Part shown: piece after piece, positions 1-13,130 of the stretch
How the letters are laid out: every line of letters starts with the position of its first letter
Position numbering within the stretch: position 1 is the first letter of the stretch
Source of the DNA: Antechinus flavipes
Taxonomy: Eukaryota
Assembly: GCF_016432865.1 (NCBI RefSeq)
Contig: NC_067399.1
Coordinates: forward strand, 554,156,001 to 554,220,000
Direction: 5' to 3'
DNA: 64,000 nucleotides
Position numbers and translations under genes: made by a program
Notes under the pieces: generated by a model
Databases searched by the model: none
What the model saw: only the letters and a program-made list of their open reading frames with translations
What the model was told of the DNA's origin: nothing

Positions 1-2509
1 TCCATAATCTCTCTTTCCTCAAATTGCCTTGTAATTTATTTCTATAACAGGGAACTGTCTTTGGGAGCAGTTGCTGAATGCTCTGCTGATTCAATCCCCA
101 TATGAACTTTGGAGCAGATATGGACATTGTGTAACTAAATCCAATCCACTAACTGTAGAGTGAAAAGACTTTTGATCGGCTATTGAACCAAAATTGGGGC
201 ACATTAACACAGCAATGAAGTCTTTTTATTTTTCCTGCCTATATGTACTTGAGAGGGTAGGTGAAGAGTATTGTAAATCCTTGGTAGGAAGAAAGACATC
301 AAGCACACATCTCTCCATTTGGACTACTACCATGAAGCCCATGAAGGCATTGCTCTGCCGTGACTTCTGTCTCATATCTATTCTTTCCTGCTTTTAAGTG
401 GACTGTTGCAAATGTCTATGACCTCATGAGCTTCAAAGAGTCACAATAGTAAACCACCAGAGGCCTGGAAGCTGGAGTTTGCAGTCAGTGGATGTGAATC
501 TAGTAAAGAAGTGGATTGACCCACCTGAAACCAAATTGCTCTATGAGCTATGCTGAATTCAAAGGTGAACTTGATGAAGAAAATGCTTTGTTGGAACTAT
601 TTTAAGTTTGAATCCATTCTTCCTATAGGAACTGAAGTAATAGGAGAATATTACCCTCAGTTGAAGAAAATGCTTTGTAAATACCATTCTTGCTAAATCT
701 TTGTAGTAAATATTCCTTTGTAAAAGATAATTTTCTAAATGTGTTACATAAAACTGGAATGCTAATCACTGGTAGTTCACACTGAGGAAAACATATTAGA
801 ATAATGATTCAATCCTGATCACATTATAGAAGAATCACACCAACCCCTGAAGTGGGAAACATAGCTAGTTTTTCTCTGGAGAACCTGATTATCAGTGTGA
901 GTGTGAGTTGGGATGCGAGTTTATATGATCTACACTTAAAGGCTTTCATTCAATAGAATAAAAGCTCCTTAAGGCAAAGTCTATTTTTCTTTTCATTTTT
1001 GTTTTTATAGCTACCAGCACAATGACTTGTACTTAAAAATGGGCATTTGTCTCAGCAGATGGAGTACCCACATACATGAAATTGTGTCCTTTTTTAAATA
1101 TTTGGACTTTGGAAAATATAAAAGTTATGATTCTTATAAGCAATTAAACAATGAGATTAATTTTATATTGTTTTATAAAACAATGAGAATGATTTTTTAA
1201 ACAACCATTTCAAGATTCTATATTTAAAATGATAATATCCCCTTAAAGTAGCTATCTTTCATTCTAGTAATTCATTTCACAAATGCAATCACTTCTCAAG
1301 ATATTGAAATTCTTTGGTGTTATGCATATTTTTATCAATGGTCACAGCTTTATGTACTGCTTTTGCCCCCATTTTTGCCAGTACTAAAAAAAAGACTATG
1401 ACTGTTATGTAAGTATATTATATATGGGGAACTAATACTAAATGTTGGTACATTCAGGATGAGACAAGTTATATGAAATAAATAATATATTACATATTTA
1501 CCTATTAAAAATACCCAATAAGCTTTAGATGAGAATAAATTTTAAACAATTTAAATAATTTTCCAATATAAAATAAGTTTATATAGGTTAATGTGATATT
1601 TATTATTTGGAAGGGGGTTAGTATATGTCTCTGAGCATGCAGGGTCTACTTATTTCACTTAAAACATGTCTTCCCAGTCAATTCTTTAAATACTCAGTGT
1701 ATCATATTCAAAAAGCCACAGTCTCTTAGTGGGTAAGGACTTAAAATTAGTCTAATTCCTTCATTGTATTTATGGGAAAATTGTGGTCATATATATGAAG
1801 AAACACTTGAGATGATACTAGTAATAAAAGGTAGAATTGGGTTTGAAATTTGAGTCTCTTAAAATTTGCCATAATATCCCACTACCTCTCTCTTAGCTTG
1901 AATTTTAGGAACTTCTGACACTGAGAGCACCTCAATCAGAGCTTCTCAAATGTTGGTTTGAATGAGAGTATTTTAAAATCACAGTTGTCAATATCTGGGT
2001 TCATTAAGCCATGGTTCCTTTAAAACAATATTTGGACATGGCTGTCACATCAGCATCTCCAACCTCAGAGCTGTCAAAATCCCAGATAAAGTGAATATTT
2101 ATATTCATAAGTTTTGTCATTTGAATGCATGAAGAAAAATCACTGAATAAGCATTTACAATATGTGAAGCATTATTTTGAGCTGGCCCTACATCACAATA
2201 TGTCTTTCCCATGAATAGCTTGACTTTGTTATTGGATAGACCATCTTATTAGTGATTTACTTTCAAAGATGTAGATATCCATGCTGCATTAATTGCTCAT
2301 GACTCAATACAAGTCCTTCATATACAGAGCCAAGGTGTTACATTTTGAAGGTAGCACTTCTGGTCTTTGATATTTTAATCCAGGGGCAATACAGCCCTCA
2401 TATTTGTTGTACCACTATACCACCCCCTCATTAGTAGAATTTTCAGAGATTTTTCTTCCAGAGAACACAAACACAGGATATGTGACCTATCATTCATCAG
2501 TCATATAAA

Positions 2510-3420
2510 GTAGGCTTTCATTAAATATCTACTATTTTCTAGATGTTATGAAAGGTTTCTGAGCATGTAAAGACAAAACCAAAATAAACTCTGTCCTTAA
2601 GTTTACAGAATAATGGGGAAATAATATGCTATCATATAATTATATATAAAATGCATATGAAGCAGATACAAGGTAACCTTTCAGAGGGAAAGCATTTGCA
2701 GCTAAGGTTGGGGAAATCACAAAAGTCCTCTTAAGGCTGTGCTTGAACTAACTCTTAAAGGAAACTAGAGATTCCATGAGTCATAAAAGTAGGAAGAAAG
2801 TTCGTTCCAAGTATGGAGGATAGCCATTGCAAAGATGTGGGGATGGAGATAAAAGTGCTATGTGTGAGGAACAGCAAGAGAGTAACATGATATGCTTGGA
2901 AAAGTAAAATGGAAGGATTTAAATAACAAAGTGTTAATATTTGATTCTACAGAAAATAGCACACCACTGGAATTGATTAGTTAGAGGGGTAACATGGTCA
3001 GATTTTTGATTTAGGAAAATTGTTTTGGTGGGTGGGTGAAAGACTGATTGGACAGAGAAAGATTTGAGGCACCACTTAAGAGGTGTTAGTTTAAGTCATA
3101 ATGATTGGGGCTTGAACCAGGATAATGACTATGTGAATAAAGAGAAAGTTTGGGTGTAAGATTTATTTTGGAGATGGAAACAAAATATCACAACTGATTG
3201 AATATGCATAGTGAATGATAATGAAAAGTTGAGAATCATTCAGAGGTTGCACCTGGGTGGCTGGAATAGTAGTGCCTTTGACAGAAATTTGGAAGGTCTG
3301 GGAAAGAACAGGTTTTTTAATGAGTCCTATTTGGGGCATGTTGAGTTTGAAATGCTGTGAGATATCCAGTTTGAAATGTTCAATAAGCAGTTAGTTTTAT
3401 AAGACTGGAGCAGACTTCCA
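2510..3420 (-). mobile_element. L2 LINE, degraded 3' portion
   Basis: Purine-rich + strand text with typical L2 reverse motifs, e.g. ggggcatgttgagtttgaaatgc...gagatatccagtttgaaatgttcaataagcag near 3333-3390. Recognised by eye; boundaries approximate. Confidence 0.7.
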
Positions 3421-4199
3421 GGAAGTCACTGATTCACATGATAGGTTTAGGATCCAAGACTTACTATTATCAAATAAACAGGCATTCCATCAAGTGATAT
3501 CAGCTATCTTCTATCTTAGCATAATTGAACTTGGTCAGTCTATCACTAGTAATTTCCTGCATCTGTAAATTTATTATAAACTCTGAAAATAACTCTTGTT
3601 CTTTTTTAATGCAATCCAGCTTTGGAAGCCTTCATTAGGTTCCAAAGTTCTTGGAGTTTGTGGGCTAACACTTAGACTCTGCTTGGTATGAGTCTTCATG
3701 ACTCCCCTTGTTATGATGCTAATATTTACTATTATATTTCCCAGTCAATTCATCTTTATTTTGCCCTGGTTATGCTGCATTTCTGGTTTTCCTTATATTC
3801 TTTCCCTTTTTTCACACCATTCTCTCCTCGAAGCATACTCAATTCAGGCTCTTGTATTGGGCCACATTCTTCATGCTAATGTCTTAATTCTGGCTACTGG
3901 ATAACCTTCTCTCGAGGTAGGAAGCTGGGTATTAGTTCACCAAGTACAGTTCATCTTTGGGCTCAATCTGGTTCTAGATTTTATCATTATTTATTCCTCT
4001 AAATCTGGTACATGCTATCTGTAAAGCACCAAAAATCATAACCCTAGACCAACAGAGATACTTAGAATAACCACCAAGCATCACAATACTAACACAAGAA
4101 CAGAAAATATAGGCTCCAAACATAATAAATATCATTGTTTCAATGCTACTTTCAGCTCTGCCAGGTTCTAATCTTATCCCCTTATGACAATCTCTATTT

Positions 4200-4365
4200 A
4201 TAATTTCACAAAAAGTTTTACTAGGTGTATCTGAATGTATCATATTGTTTCCTACAGAATAATAATGTTCCATGATATTCCTATATCACAGTTTCTTCAG
4301 TCATTTTCCAATTAATGGGAATCCACTTTAGTTATTAGCTATAGTGAAAGTTGTTATATTCTGCT
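4200..4365 (-). mobile_element. Old L1 ORF2 C-terminal fragment
   Basis: acagaataataatgttccatgatattcctatatcacagtttcttcagtcattttccaattaatggg resembles the reverse of the L1 ORF2 end seen in better-preserved copies at 24400-24480 and 35220-35290. Confidence 0.6.
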
Positions 4366-5254
4366 TGAGAAGTATGCCCTTCCAGACTCCTCTGCAAATA
4401 AAACTGATCATTTCAGCTTGAGGATCATCATTTTTAAAAATCTGAAAATCCAAGTATACATTTTTTTATAATGACCTTTAAGTTGGTATAAATTTGTAAG
4501 AAAACTATGGTTTTAATACATCTATTACAAAAGATAAAGGGACTTTAAAAATTTGCCACTAGTGTCACTAGAATTTTGACAAATTATAATATGAGAAAGC
4601 AAAAGCCAAGGATAAAAAAATGTGAATAATCAATGTGGGAACATTAATATCTGATTGGAGAGAAATAAATTAATTAGCCTAAAATAAGGAAATCACATTT
4701 TATCTTTGTATTCATAAATAGTGAAAAGATCAGTGAACTCAAGCAAATTTGTGTTGGAATCTCAGCTTTTTACTATTGGACTAGTTATTTTACTGTTCTG
4801 GATCCCAGATCTCTCACCCACAAAAGGCAGAGATGATAGCACTCACCTTATCCACCTTACAACATCATTGTAAGGAAAGTATTCCATATGTCAGAAAATT
4901 CCATTAAAATTTGATTTGTTATTATATGGCTCGAAATACCTTTTCAACCAAAATTACTTTTAACAGGTTTTGTCTCTCCCCACCCCCACCCCCAACACAA
5001 TTGACAGCATTTTGAGATATGACTCTATTTGCCACTTGATAATGAGGAAACTGAGAAAAGCTTAAATGACTTGCCCAATGTCATAGTCTAGTTAGAGGGA
5101 AAATCGGCTAGCTCTTTAGCTTCTTAGTCTAGAAATGTCTTCACTATAACGATCCCCTCACTTATCATTCTCTGCACTCATAAGCAATCACATAAGTCTA
5201 TTCTATTTCAAAGATAAGGAATTGGATGTATGGTCTCATTGCTATGAGGAACTC

Positions 5255-5432
5255 CCAAATAAAGAAACTGCCTCTAACAATATAGGTTGGCACATTCACA
5301 AACTTACAGCATTTCCTAAAGCACTGAAAAATTGAAATTTGTCTAGGGTCACACACGTACATGAAACACTACTTGAAACTGGGTCTTCTGCTTCCAAGAC
5401 CTGTTCTCTAACCACTACTCCATGCTGCCTCT
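5255..5432 (-). mobile_element. CORE-SINE (MIR-related marsupial SINE)
   Basis: CORE motif ctagggtcacacac...cttgaaactgggtcttctgcttccaag...ctaaccactactccatgctgcctc; similar copy at 27455-27675. Confidence 0.6.
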
Positions 5433-5589
5433 CCTATTCTATATTACTTGATATAAAACAGTGTTGAAAAGTCCTTCTTATTCAACAATTTACTAAGGCA
5501 ACAGAATCTCACCACAAGGAAGAAAGAGAAAAAAAAAAAACTAAGCTAAGAACAGCTTTCCATGTCATGGATAGAAAAAGCAATTGGTT

Positions 5590-6000
5590 TTTATTTATTA
5601 AAAAATTTTTAATTTTACAAATCAAAGTTATCTATTTACTATACTTCTATGCTTGTTTGGTTAATAATTTTCTCCATGTCCATAGTTATAAAAGGTATTT
5701 CTTTCCATCCTCTAATTTTTTCCATAATGTGACTTTTTATATTTGTGTTATATATTAATTTGGGGACTTATTGTGAGGAATGATATAATATTCAGGTCCA
5801 CACCTAATTTCTGTCAAACTGTTTTCCAGTTTCCCTAGCCATTCCTGACAAATTGGATTAATCTAAACACTAGCTAACAATTTTAATTGCTTTTGGTTCC
5901 TGCTTTTCTTATTGGTTCTACAGGTCTACTTTTAAAATACCAGATAGACTGATTGCACATTTTTTTTATTAGATCTGAGATTTCATTGGTACTATTTGAG
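5590..6000 (-). mobile_element. L1 ORF2 internal fragment
   Basis: aatcaaagttatctattt...cacctaatttctgtcaaactgttttccagtttccc resembles reverse L1 ORF2; overlaps homologous text at 35880-35990. Confidence 0.6.
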
Positions 6001-6223
6001 TACCACAGGAAACTTTCCCTATAAATTTCAGTAAAGGGGATGAGATCCATCAGGGATTAGACCTGAGTTTTCCTTGGTATAGGAACTCGCAGATGGACAA
6101 CTCTTTCTATTCATATACATAGATAATTTCATTGCAACATATTTAGACAGAAAGCTGCCTGTGACATTGAGAAGTGGTCATTTATCCAGGATCACATTTA
6201 AAGCATGTGTCAGAGATGGGCCT

Positions 6224-6461
6224 TGTTATTGTTGTTCAAGCATGTCTGACTCTATGACCCCATTTGGGATTTTCTTGGCAAAGATACTAGAAAAATTTGC
6301 CATTTCCTTTTCCAGCTCCTCTTACAGATGAGGAAACTGAGGCAAATAGGGTTAAGTGATTTGTCCATGGTCACATAGTTAGGAAGTGTCTAAGGCCAAA
6401 TTGAACTCATGTCTTCCTAGCTCCAGGATGGGTACTCTGTCCACTGTGTCACCCAGCTGCC
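6224..6461 (-). mobile_element. Mar1-type CORE-SINE, near full length
   Basis: Diagnostic ttttcttggcaaagatactag...ttacagatgaggaaactgaggcaaatagggttaagtga...ccactgtgtcacccagctgcc (tRNA-like head, CORE, RTE-like tail on the minus strand). Confidence 0.85.
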
Positions 6462-9280
6462 AGGCCTTGAACATATGTAACTTTATTCCAAGGTCAGCTC
6501 TCTATTCACTCATCTGGTTGCCACTTTGGGATGCAACGGCTTTATATTATAGTGTAAAACTATGTCTCCTTGCTACCTTCTACCCACCCCCTATCCCATT
6601 ATTTCCTTGAAATTCTAGGTCTTTTGTTACTCCAAGCAATTTGTTTTTAAAAAGAAAATATAAAAATGAATTTTTTGCACAGCATAATTTGTTGTTTGCT
6701 GATTATTGGTTAAAAGGCAGTTAGTACTATATTTTTAAGCAGAACACTCCCTGAATACAGAATATAAATATATTGGGTAATCTGCTGTTAAAAACATCTA
6801 ATAATAACATTGTGCATTTGTGTGGAATCTAAACACAATGATAGACACAGCAGGATGCATAAACCCCTCCTCTTCATCCAGACATACCATCTCACGCATG
6901 ACATATTTTAGGAAGGAATATCCAATCATTCAAAAATCCACAGCACTTCCCAAAGTCCAAAAGGCTTGTTGGTAGTAATGGTCAGATAGGTTCGTCCATC
7001 AGGGAACATTTTCTCTGGAACTTATTCTAGTCTAAGTGAATGTAGAAACTTCTTTCAAGTTAGAATTTTTGGATTTTTTTTAACCATAGGATGGGAGAGA
7101 CACTGCTTGTAGGGATAGGTTTGGATGACCTCCACACACAGACAGAGCAAACAAATTCTTATCATGTCAAACCACTAGATAGAATTCTTACAAGTGGCAA
7201 GATGGTGAAGCCCTGGATTGAAAGGACTTAAGTTTAAATCCTGTCTTTGATACTAAATTACCTGTATATCTTGTAAAAGCCTTATTTATATAATGAGAGT
7301 CTTGAACCACATAGCTTTTAAAGTTCCTTCCCACTCCAAAATCAATGATCAACCACTTATTTGAAAAAATGCAGATTACCTCATTGTTCATCCAGAAAAT
7401 GACCCATTATCTTTTGGGTATAGGATCATTAGATTTAGCATGACAAAGAAATATACTATCACATCTCCAATAAGAAATTATCCAGTATCTTCTTGAAAAA
7501 CTTCAATGTGAGAATAAAGGAACTTGAAGACTAAGTGGACAGACAATTCTGACCCAGATCTCCTCCTCACCACCATCCCAAAAAAGCAAAAACAAAAATA
7601 AATCCAATTCTATTTATCACCATTATCAGTCATAATACTGAAGCTATTTTCATATTGATCATAAATCAAATGTAGCTACATAGTATAAAGAAATTTAATG
7701 ATCAAGTACAAATGGAGAGGATAGTTTTAAATGACCCTTCACATTTAAAGGAATTTTGACTTTTAAGAACATCATTAGAGTAAATACACAGCTCCCCCCT
7801 CTCCCATCTAACTTGTTGATTTTCATTTGTTTCCTGAATAAGAGTTTCTTTCTCTAACAAAAAAAATGGTGGTATCCCTTCTTTGGCACAATTGACAACA
7901 TAAATAAAAATAGATAATGTATTTTTAAAACCTACAGCAGATTGTCATGGCAATAAATAATTGTATCCTGTTGTTGTCATAGCAACAAAGACTGTGACAA
8001 CTGAAGCCTATATGAAATTCATCTAAATTTAGTTGTTTGAAAAGTGTTAAAATTGTTTGTAGTTCTTTGTGAACTTTATTTAATGCTGATGGAAAAAATG
8101 TTAAAATCTTTCATCTTCATTCATAGTCATATAAATACATACACACAAATATGTATATACTTACATATATAAATGTGTATATATATGTAATCATTTTAAG
8201 AACTTTTGAAATTATCTGAGTTTCAGTCATTCTCTACATTATGAAAACCTAGTTTCAGTTTTTTCCAACAATGGTCTACATCCTTTTATGCACAGTATTT
8301 TGTAAAAATGAGAAGAGCAAATGAAGAATCTCTTTTTAAAAAATAATTCATACTAATTTACAGAGCAGCATAGCCTAATTCCTTTTCTTTTTCCTGGCAG
8401 CTAATAACATAATGTTAATGGAATAACAAGTTACATTAGCTAAACCACATGGTAGCAAATTAATAGCTATTTTCTATACACTTGGCTCCATTTTTAAAAA
8501 GGCTTTTTTTTAACTGCATGAGATCCAATGTGTCATTAAAGAAAAAATACAAGCCAGAGAAGCAAACTATTATTATTCTCTGACACAGTCAACTCTCCCC
8601 ATTGACTTCAACCAGCAGCTTCTACAAATGACAAAATAAATGACATTGTAGAAAATGGGAATTATTTTTAAAAGATCTATAATTATAGTGCCATTAACAG
8701 AATTCTCTAAATCCAGAAATAATTACATGAGTAGGTAAAGAAAACTATGTCTTATTACTGCAGTTGTGATATGGGAAACTGTCTGACAAAGTGAGACCTT
8801 TTTCGTTTTCTTCTAAGTAAATATTATAAACTAAAAGGGTTGGGTTAGACAGTTTCTAAAGTCCCTTTCTGATTTATGATTTCTCCATTTTTTTCTATAA
8901 AGATATCTTTTTTCCTTATTCTCACACTAAATATGGAGTCTAGTCCTACTGTAGTCACTAAGATAAGGTAAGATAAACTCTTCCGATACTTAAGCTACAT
9001 AATTGTTTCTGTAAAGTAAAAAAACCCGGCAATTTCATATGTGTGTATATATACACAGATATATACATATATACACATATGTATATATACATACATATGA
9101 CTGAGAATATGTGTTGCAGATTTTAAGCTTGAATGTATAGAATAAAATTTTTAAAGAATTCTTTATTGAGTTTCTGGGGAATAATTTTCTTTGTTTATAA
9201 TTCTCATATACTGCTCCTTAAAAAAGTAAAGAAAAAGAAAATTTAGGACATTTTTACATATATATATTGGTCATGATATT

Positions 9281-9386
9281 CAGGAGAAAAGGAGGAAAGA
9301 AGAAAAATATAGAATTTAGGAAAGAAGAAAGGAAGGAAGGAAAAATGAAAGGAAGGAAGAAAGAAGGAAAGAAAGAACAAACAAAA
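9281..9386 (+). repeat. Purine-rich (GAAA/GGAA)n low-complexity tract
   Basis: Directly visible degenerate aagg/aaag repeats. Confidence 0.85.
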
Positions 9387-11499
9387 GAGCTGGGGAATAA
9401 AAATTCCAATCTATACTTTATACATATTCCCTGAGCAAAGGTGTATAGTTTTTTTCTCATCTATATTCAGCTATTCAGCCACAAGAACTAACTTGAGTTA
9501 TTTAGTAGGACGCAGTGGCTAATATATATATTAATTAGAGGCTCCCTAACTTGGAAATTCTTTATTTTTGCATTTTTTCTTTAGGAAATAAACAGATATG
9601 CTATCTAAATACACTTCGACAAACTACCTAAGCCAAGCACTTTGAATGATATACTTGTAGAATGTTGCTGTAAATGTAACACATCTTACTTATCCCTATC
9701 CCTATCCCCAAAACACTCTTTGTCATTTTCTTCAATGCAATACTAAATTTAATAGAATTGTCTTTCATGTATAAGACATGACTAAAGTTAGTATCGATTA
9801 TAGTGAAAAAACAAATTCACCTTTTGCATTCACTATTTGTTAGAAACTAATTAAAAATGAAGATGCAATATAAGATTTTCAAAATTTCTTCTAATTCTAA
9901 AAAATTCTATGATTCAATTGTCTATAGTTATAGAGAGGTAATTATATTTATTATTATAATTATTGTTTTTGTTGCTATTGTATTTTGGAATAACAAAAAT
10001 GTTTTCTAAGTATTTTCATATATATGGTATTTTATCACAAAAAAATCTATGAAAATATTATTCTTAGTTTATATATGGAGAGACTCAGGTGAGGCATGCT
10101 TGACAGCAGCATTCAGACTGAAATCCAATCAATTTTTCAAACCATTGTGCTGGAGCAGTGAATGCCCACCCCCCTTTTTTAGCTTAAAGACCCACTTTTA
10201 AATTTAAAAAATACTGCAGACCCCAGATAATGGTAGTTATGCTATTAGCACTGATTAAGAAAGTACATGATGAAAAAAATTAATAAGAATTCAACAATAC
10301 TTTTAAATGAGTTATTTAATTTAGTCACATACATGCACATATATGTATGCTTTTTAAAAAGTAATAGAAATATGGGACATGAATGAAACTACAGAATGCA
10401 TGTTAGCTCATTTATTAGACTGAGACATTTAATAAGATAGCTGGTCTTCTAAGAGATTGAGGTATAACCTGAAATGATGGTTTCTCAGGGGACCTGGTGA
10501 CCATAGGTTTGGATCCATTTTATTTAATCCTATTTCTCCAGATAATACAAAAGCCATTTATATTTGCCATTGAATTATAGTACATGTAAAATATAGTATT
10601 GGAATATAGGACAGTGGCACCAAATTTAGCTTCAAAATTGTTTTATTTAGGCTAACAAAAACTAGTTTGCATTCCCAGATTATAGATCACTACAGACAGA
10701 CAACTGAGAGAGTGCTGTATGGTATAAGGAAACTAAATCAAAGATAAGAATTTGGCCATGAATAATCAACACATAGATAACTAAGATTTGGCTTCATGTG
10801 GATCACTAACAAACAAGAAACAATATGTTTATTTACATTTAGGATTGCATCAAATGTTGTACCCAAACAGATGCTTTCAATGTCTGTGATATCTTACTTT
10901 TAGGTGCTTAATTTTTTTTTTTTTTTTTTGGTTTTGTCATGATTCCTGAATTATCACAGCCTTAGATAAAAATACCTTCAAAAAGTTTGTCTAATAATTA
11001 TGATTTCCAACTTTATAGAGTGTCTTTATAAGAACAATGTATTTAAACAGAATTTCTGTGTCTTTTGAAAAATTATGGTTGAAAAAAACTATCTCCAATG
11101 TTGCTCAATTTCCTTTATAAAAGGATACACGTGGTGAATTCCTTGTTTGCTTAATCTTTTAGGGAAATCTTTGTCTTTGTCCCTATTTTGCTTCCCTCAT
11201 CTCCCATCTTTCCTTTTTTTTAACCCCTACAGAAAAATTAGGCTCATTGTTCAAATTTCTACAATCTATTTTCAACCTGCATGCCTAAAAATCTATTTTT
11301 TCTGCTTTCTTCAAATTGTCTTTATTTATTTTTATTTAATTCAGTTCATATAGTTGTACCACCTTTGTTATCTGATTCATCACATATTTTTTTGAAACTA
11401 GATAGACTAGAAATCATAAACAAATAAATATGCAAACTGGTTCTTAATGAGCCTGGAATGTTCTAAAATGAAGGGTTTTTTCATTTTTTTTCTATAACA

Positions 11500-12170
11500 G
11501 AGACACTATCTTACAAAGAAATTGAGTTTCTCAATAGAAATCTGTATTTTATTGTATCTTTTGCTTTCATATTCCTTATATTTCCCAATATGTTCCTTTT
11601 CATCCCTTCCCAGAAAGCTATCCCTTGTAACAAAAAATAAAAGAGAGAATAACATTCAATAAATCTAACCAATATGTAGAAAATGTCAGATATTATCAGC
11701 AATTTTCTCTGCCCATGTCCTCACTATTTTTAAAGAAGAAAAAAGATGTCTTTTCATGTGTCATCTTTGAGACCAAAATTATTTATTAAAATTCCTCAGC
11801 ATTCATTTTTGATTATTTTCTTTCTGATCTTCCCTGTAACATTATTGTAGCCATAGTATATGTTTTTCCCCTGCTTCTGCTCATTAGACTTCACATCAGT
11901 TCAGAGTTTTTCTACGCTTCTCTATATTTACTTTATTTCTTATTCCTTATAGTACAGTAATATTCTTTTACAATCTTGCCTTCTAATCACACATAGTGTC
12001 TTTATGAGAATCATAGGTATATAGTCTCTTTACCAGACTCATTATACAACTTGTTTAATTGTTCCCCAGTTAATAGGCCTCTATTTTGTTTCCAATCCCT
12101 TGGTTCTACCAAAAAAAATGCTAATATAACATTTTGGTGAATATAAGACCTTTCTTTTTCATTAATCTCT
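11500..12170 (-). mobile_element. Old L1 3' end (3' UTR plus ORF2 end)
   Basis: ttccttatagtacagtaatattc and ttatacaacttgtttaattgttccccagttaatagg resemble the reverse L1 ORF2 end. Confidence 0.6.
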
Positions 12171-12459
12171 GGAATCTAAGTTGTTTAACTGTGCAATCAC
12201 AAGTATTATTTAGCAGTATTTTTTATGGTAGCATAAAATAAAGAAGATGCCCCTCAATCAGGGAATTTTTAAACAAAATATGATACATGAAAGAGGCACT
12301 GTGCAGTAAGTAGTATTGTGCTCTAAGAAGTACCAAATATGATGAAAATAAAGAAGCATAAAAAGACCAATTTGAACTGGTACAGAGTGAAGTAAGCAAA
12401 GCCAGGAAAATAATAATCCCAATGACAATAAAGTGAATTGAAAGAATAACCAAACTGAT

Positions 12460-13130
12460 TGTTGCTGTAAAAAAATTTGGACACTATTGATAGGACTGTG
12501 AACTGATCCAAACATTTTGGAAAGCAATTTGGAATTATGCCAAAAGAGTTATGAAACTGTGTATAATCTTTGACTCTAGCAAACCATTATTTTTGTATGT
12601 TTTCCAACCTGTTTAGGGAAAAAGGAAAAAGAACTTATATATTCTAAAATATTTATAGCAGGTCTCTGTGGTGGCAAAGAACTGGACATTGAAGGGATGC
12701 CTATCAATTGAGGAACGGCTAAGTAAGTTGTGGTATAATTGTGATGGAATACTACTGTCCCATAAGAAGTGATGAGCAGGTAGATTTTAGAAAAACATGG
12801 AAGGATTTACACGAAATAATGAAGAGTGAAATAAGTAGAACCAAGAGACTTACATATTTGTATCTAATGGTAGCCTTTCTAAGGTGGTGTGAGGAAGGAG
12901 AAAAAAATTAAAAAAATACACAATAAAGAAGAAAAGAACAATTAGAAGAAGCACTTAAAATCAGGGTAACTGAAAATGATGTATAGTATTTATATTATAG
13001 CTTTTCAAAAAGAATAAACAGTATGAAATGAAAATCCACGATTTTATACTGGATCTCCTTTTTATGTTATGTTGTGGACATAGAAATTTTTTGTCTTTTT
13101 GTATTTAAACTAAAAATGAAGAAAATTTTA
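12460..13130 (+). mobile_element. L1 ORF2 C-terminus plus 3' UTR
   Basis: ggaaagcaatttggaattatgcc...gtggtggcaaagaactgg...gggatgcctatcaattgaggaacggctaagtaagttgtggtat encodes a degraded version of the WNYA...CPSIGEWLNKLW segment of marsupial L1 ORF2. Confidence 0.8.

Noticed and set aside
3620-3647. 11-bp imperfect hairpin ctttggaagcct...aggttccaaag
   Set aside because: It is short enough to be expected by chance in 64 kb.
3974-4273. Minus-strand ORF with a hydrophobic stretch faintly like mitochondrial ND6 (possible NUMT)
   Set aside because: The similarity is limited to a generic LGG motif, and the region adjoins and partly overlaps degraded L1 sequence.
11500-13130. Oppositely oriented L1 pieces as a possible twin-priming 5' inversion
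   Set aside because: Both pieces cover the same ORF2 C-terminal region, each has its own 3' UTR, and no shared TSD was found.
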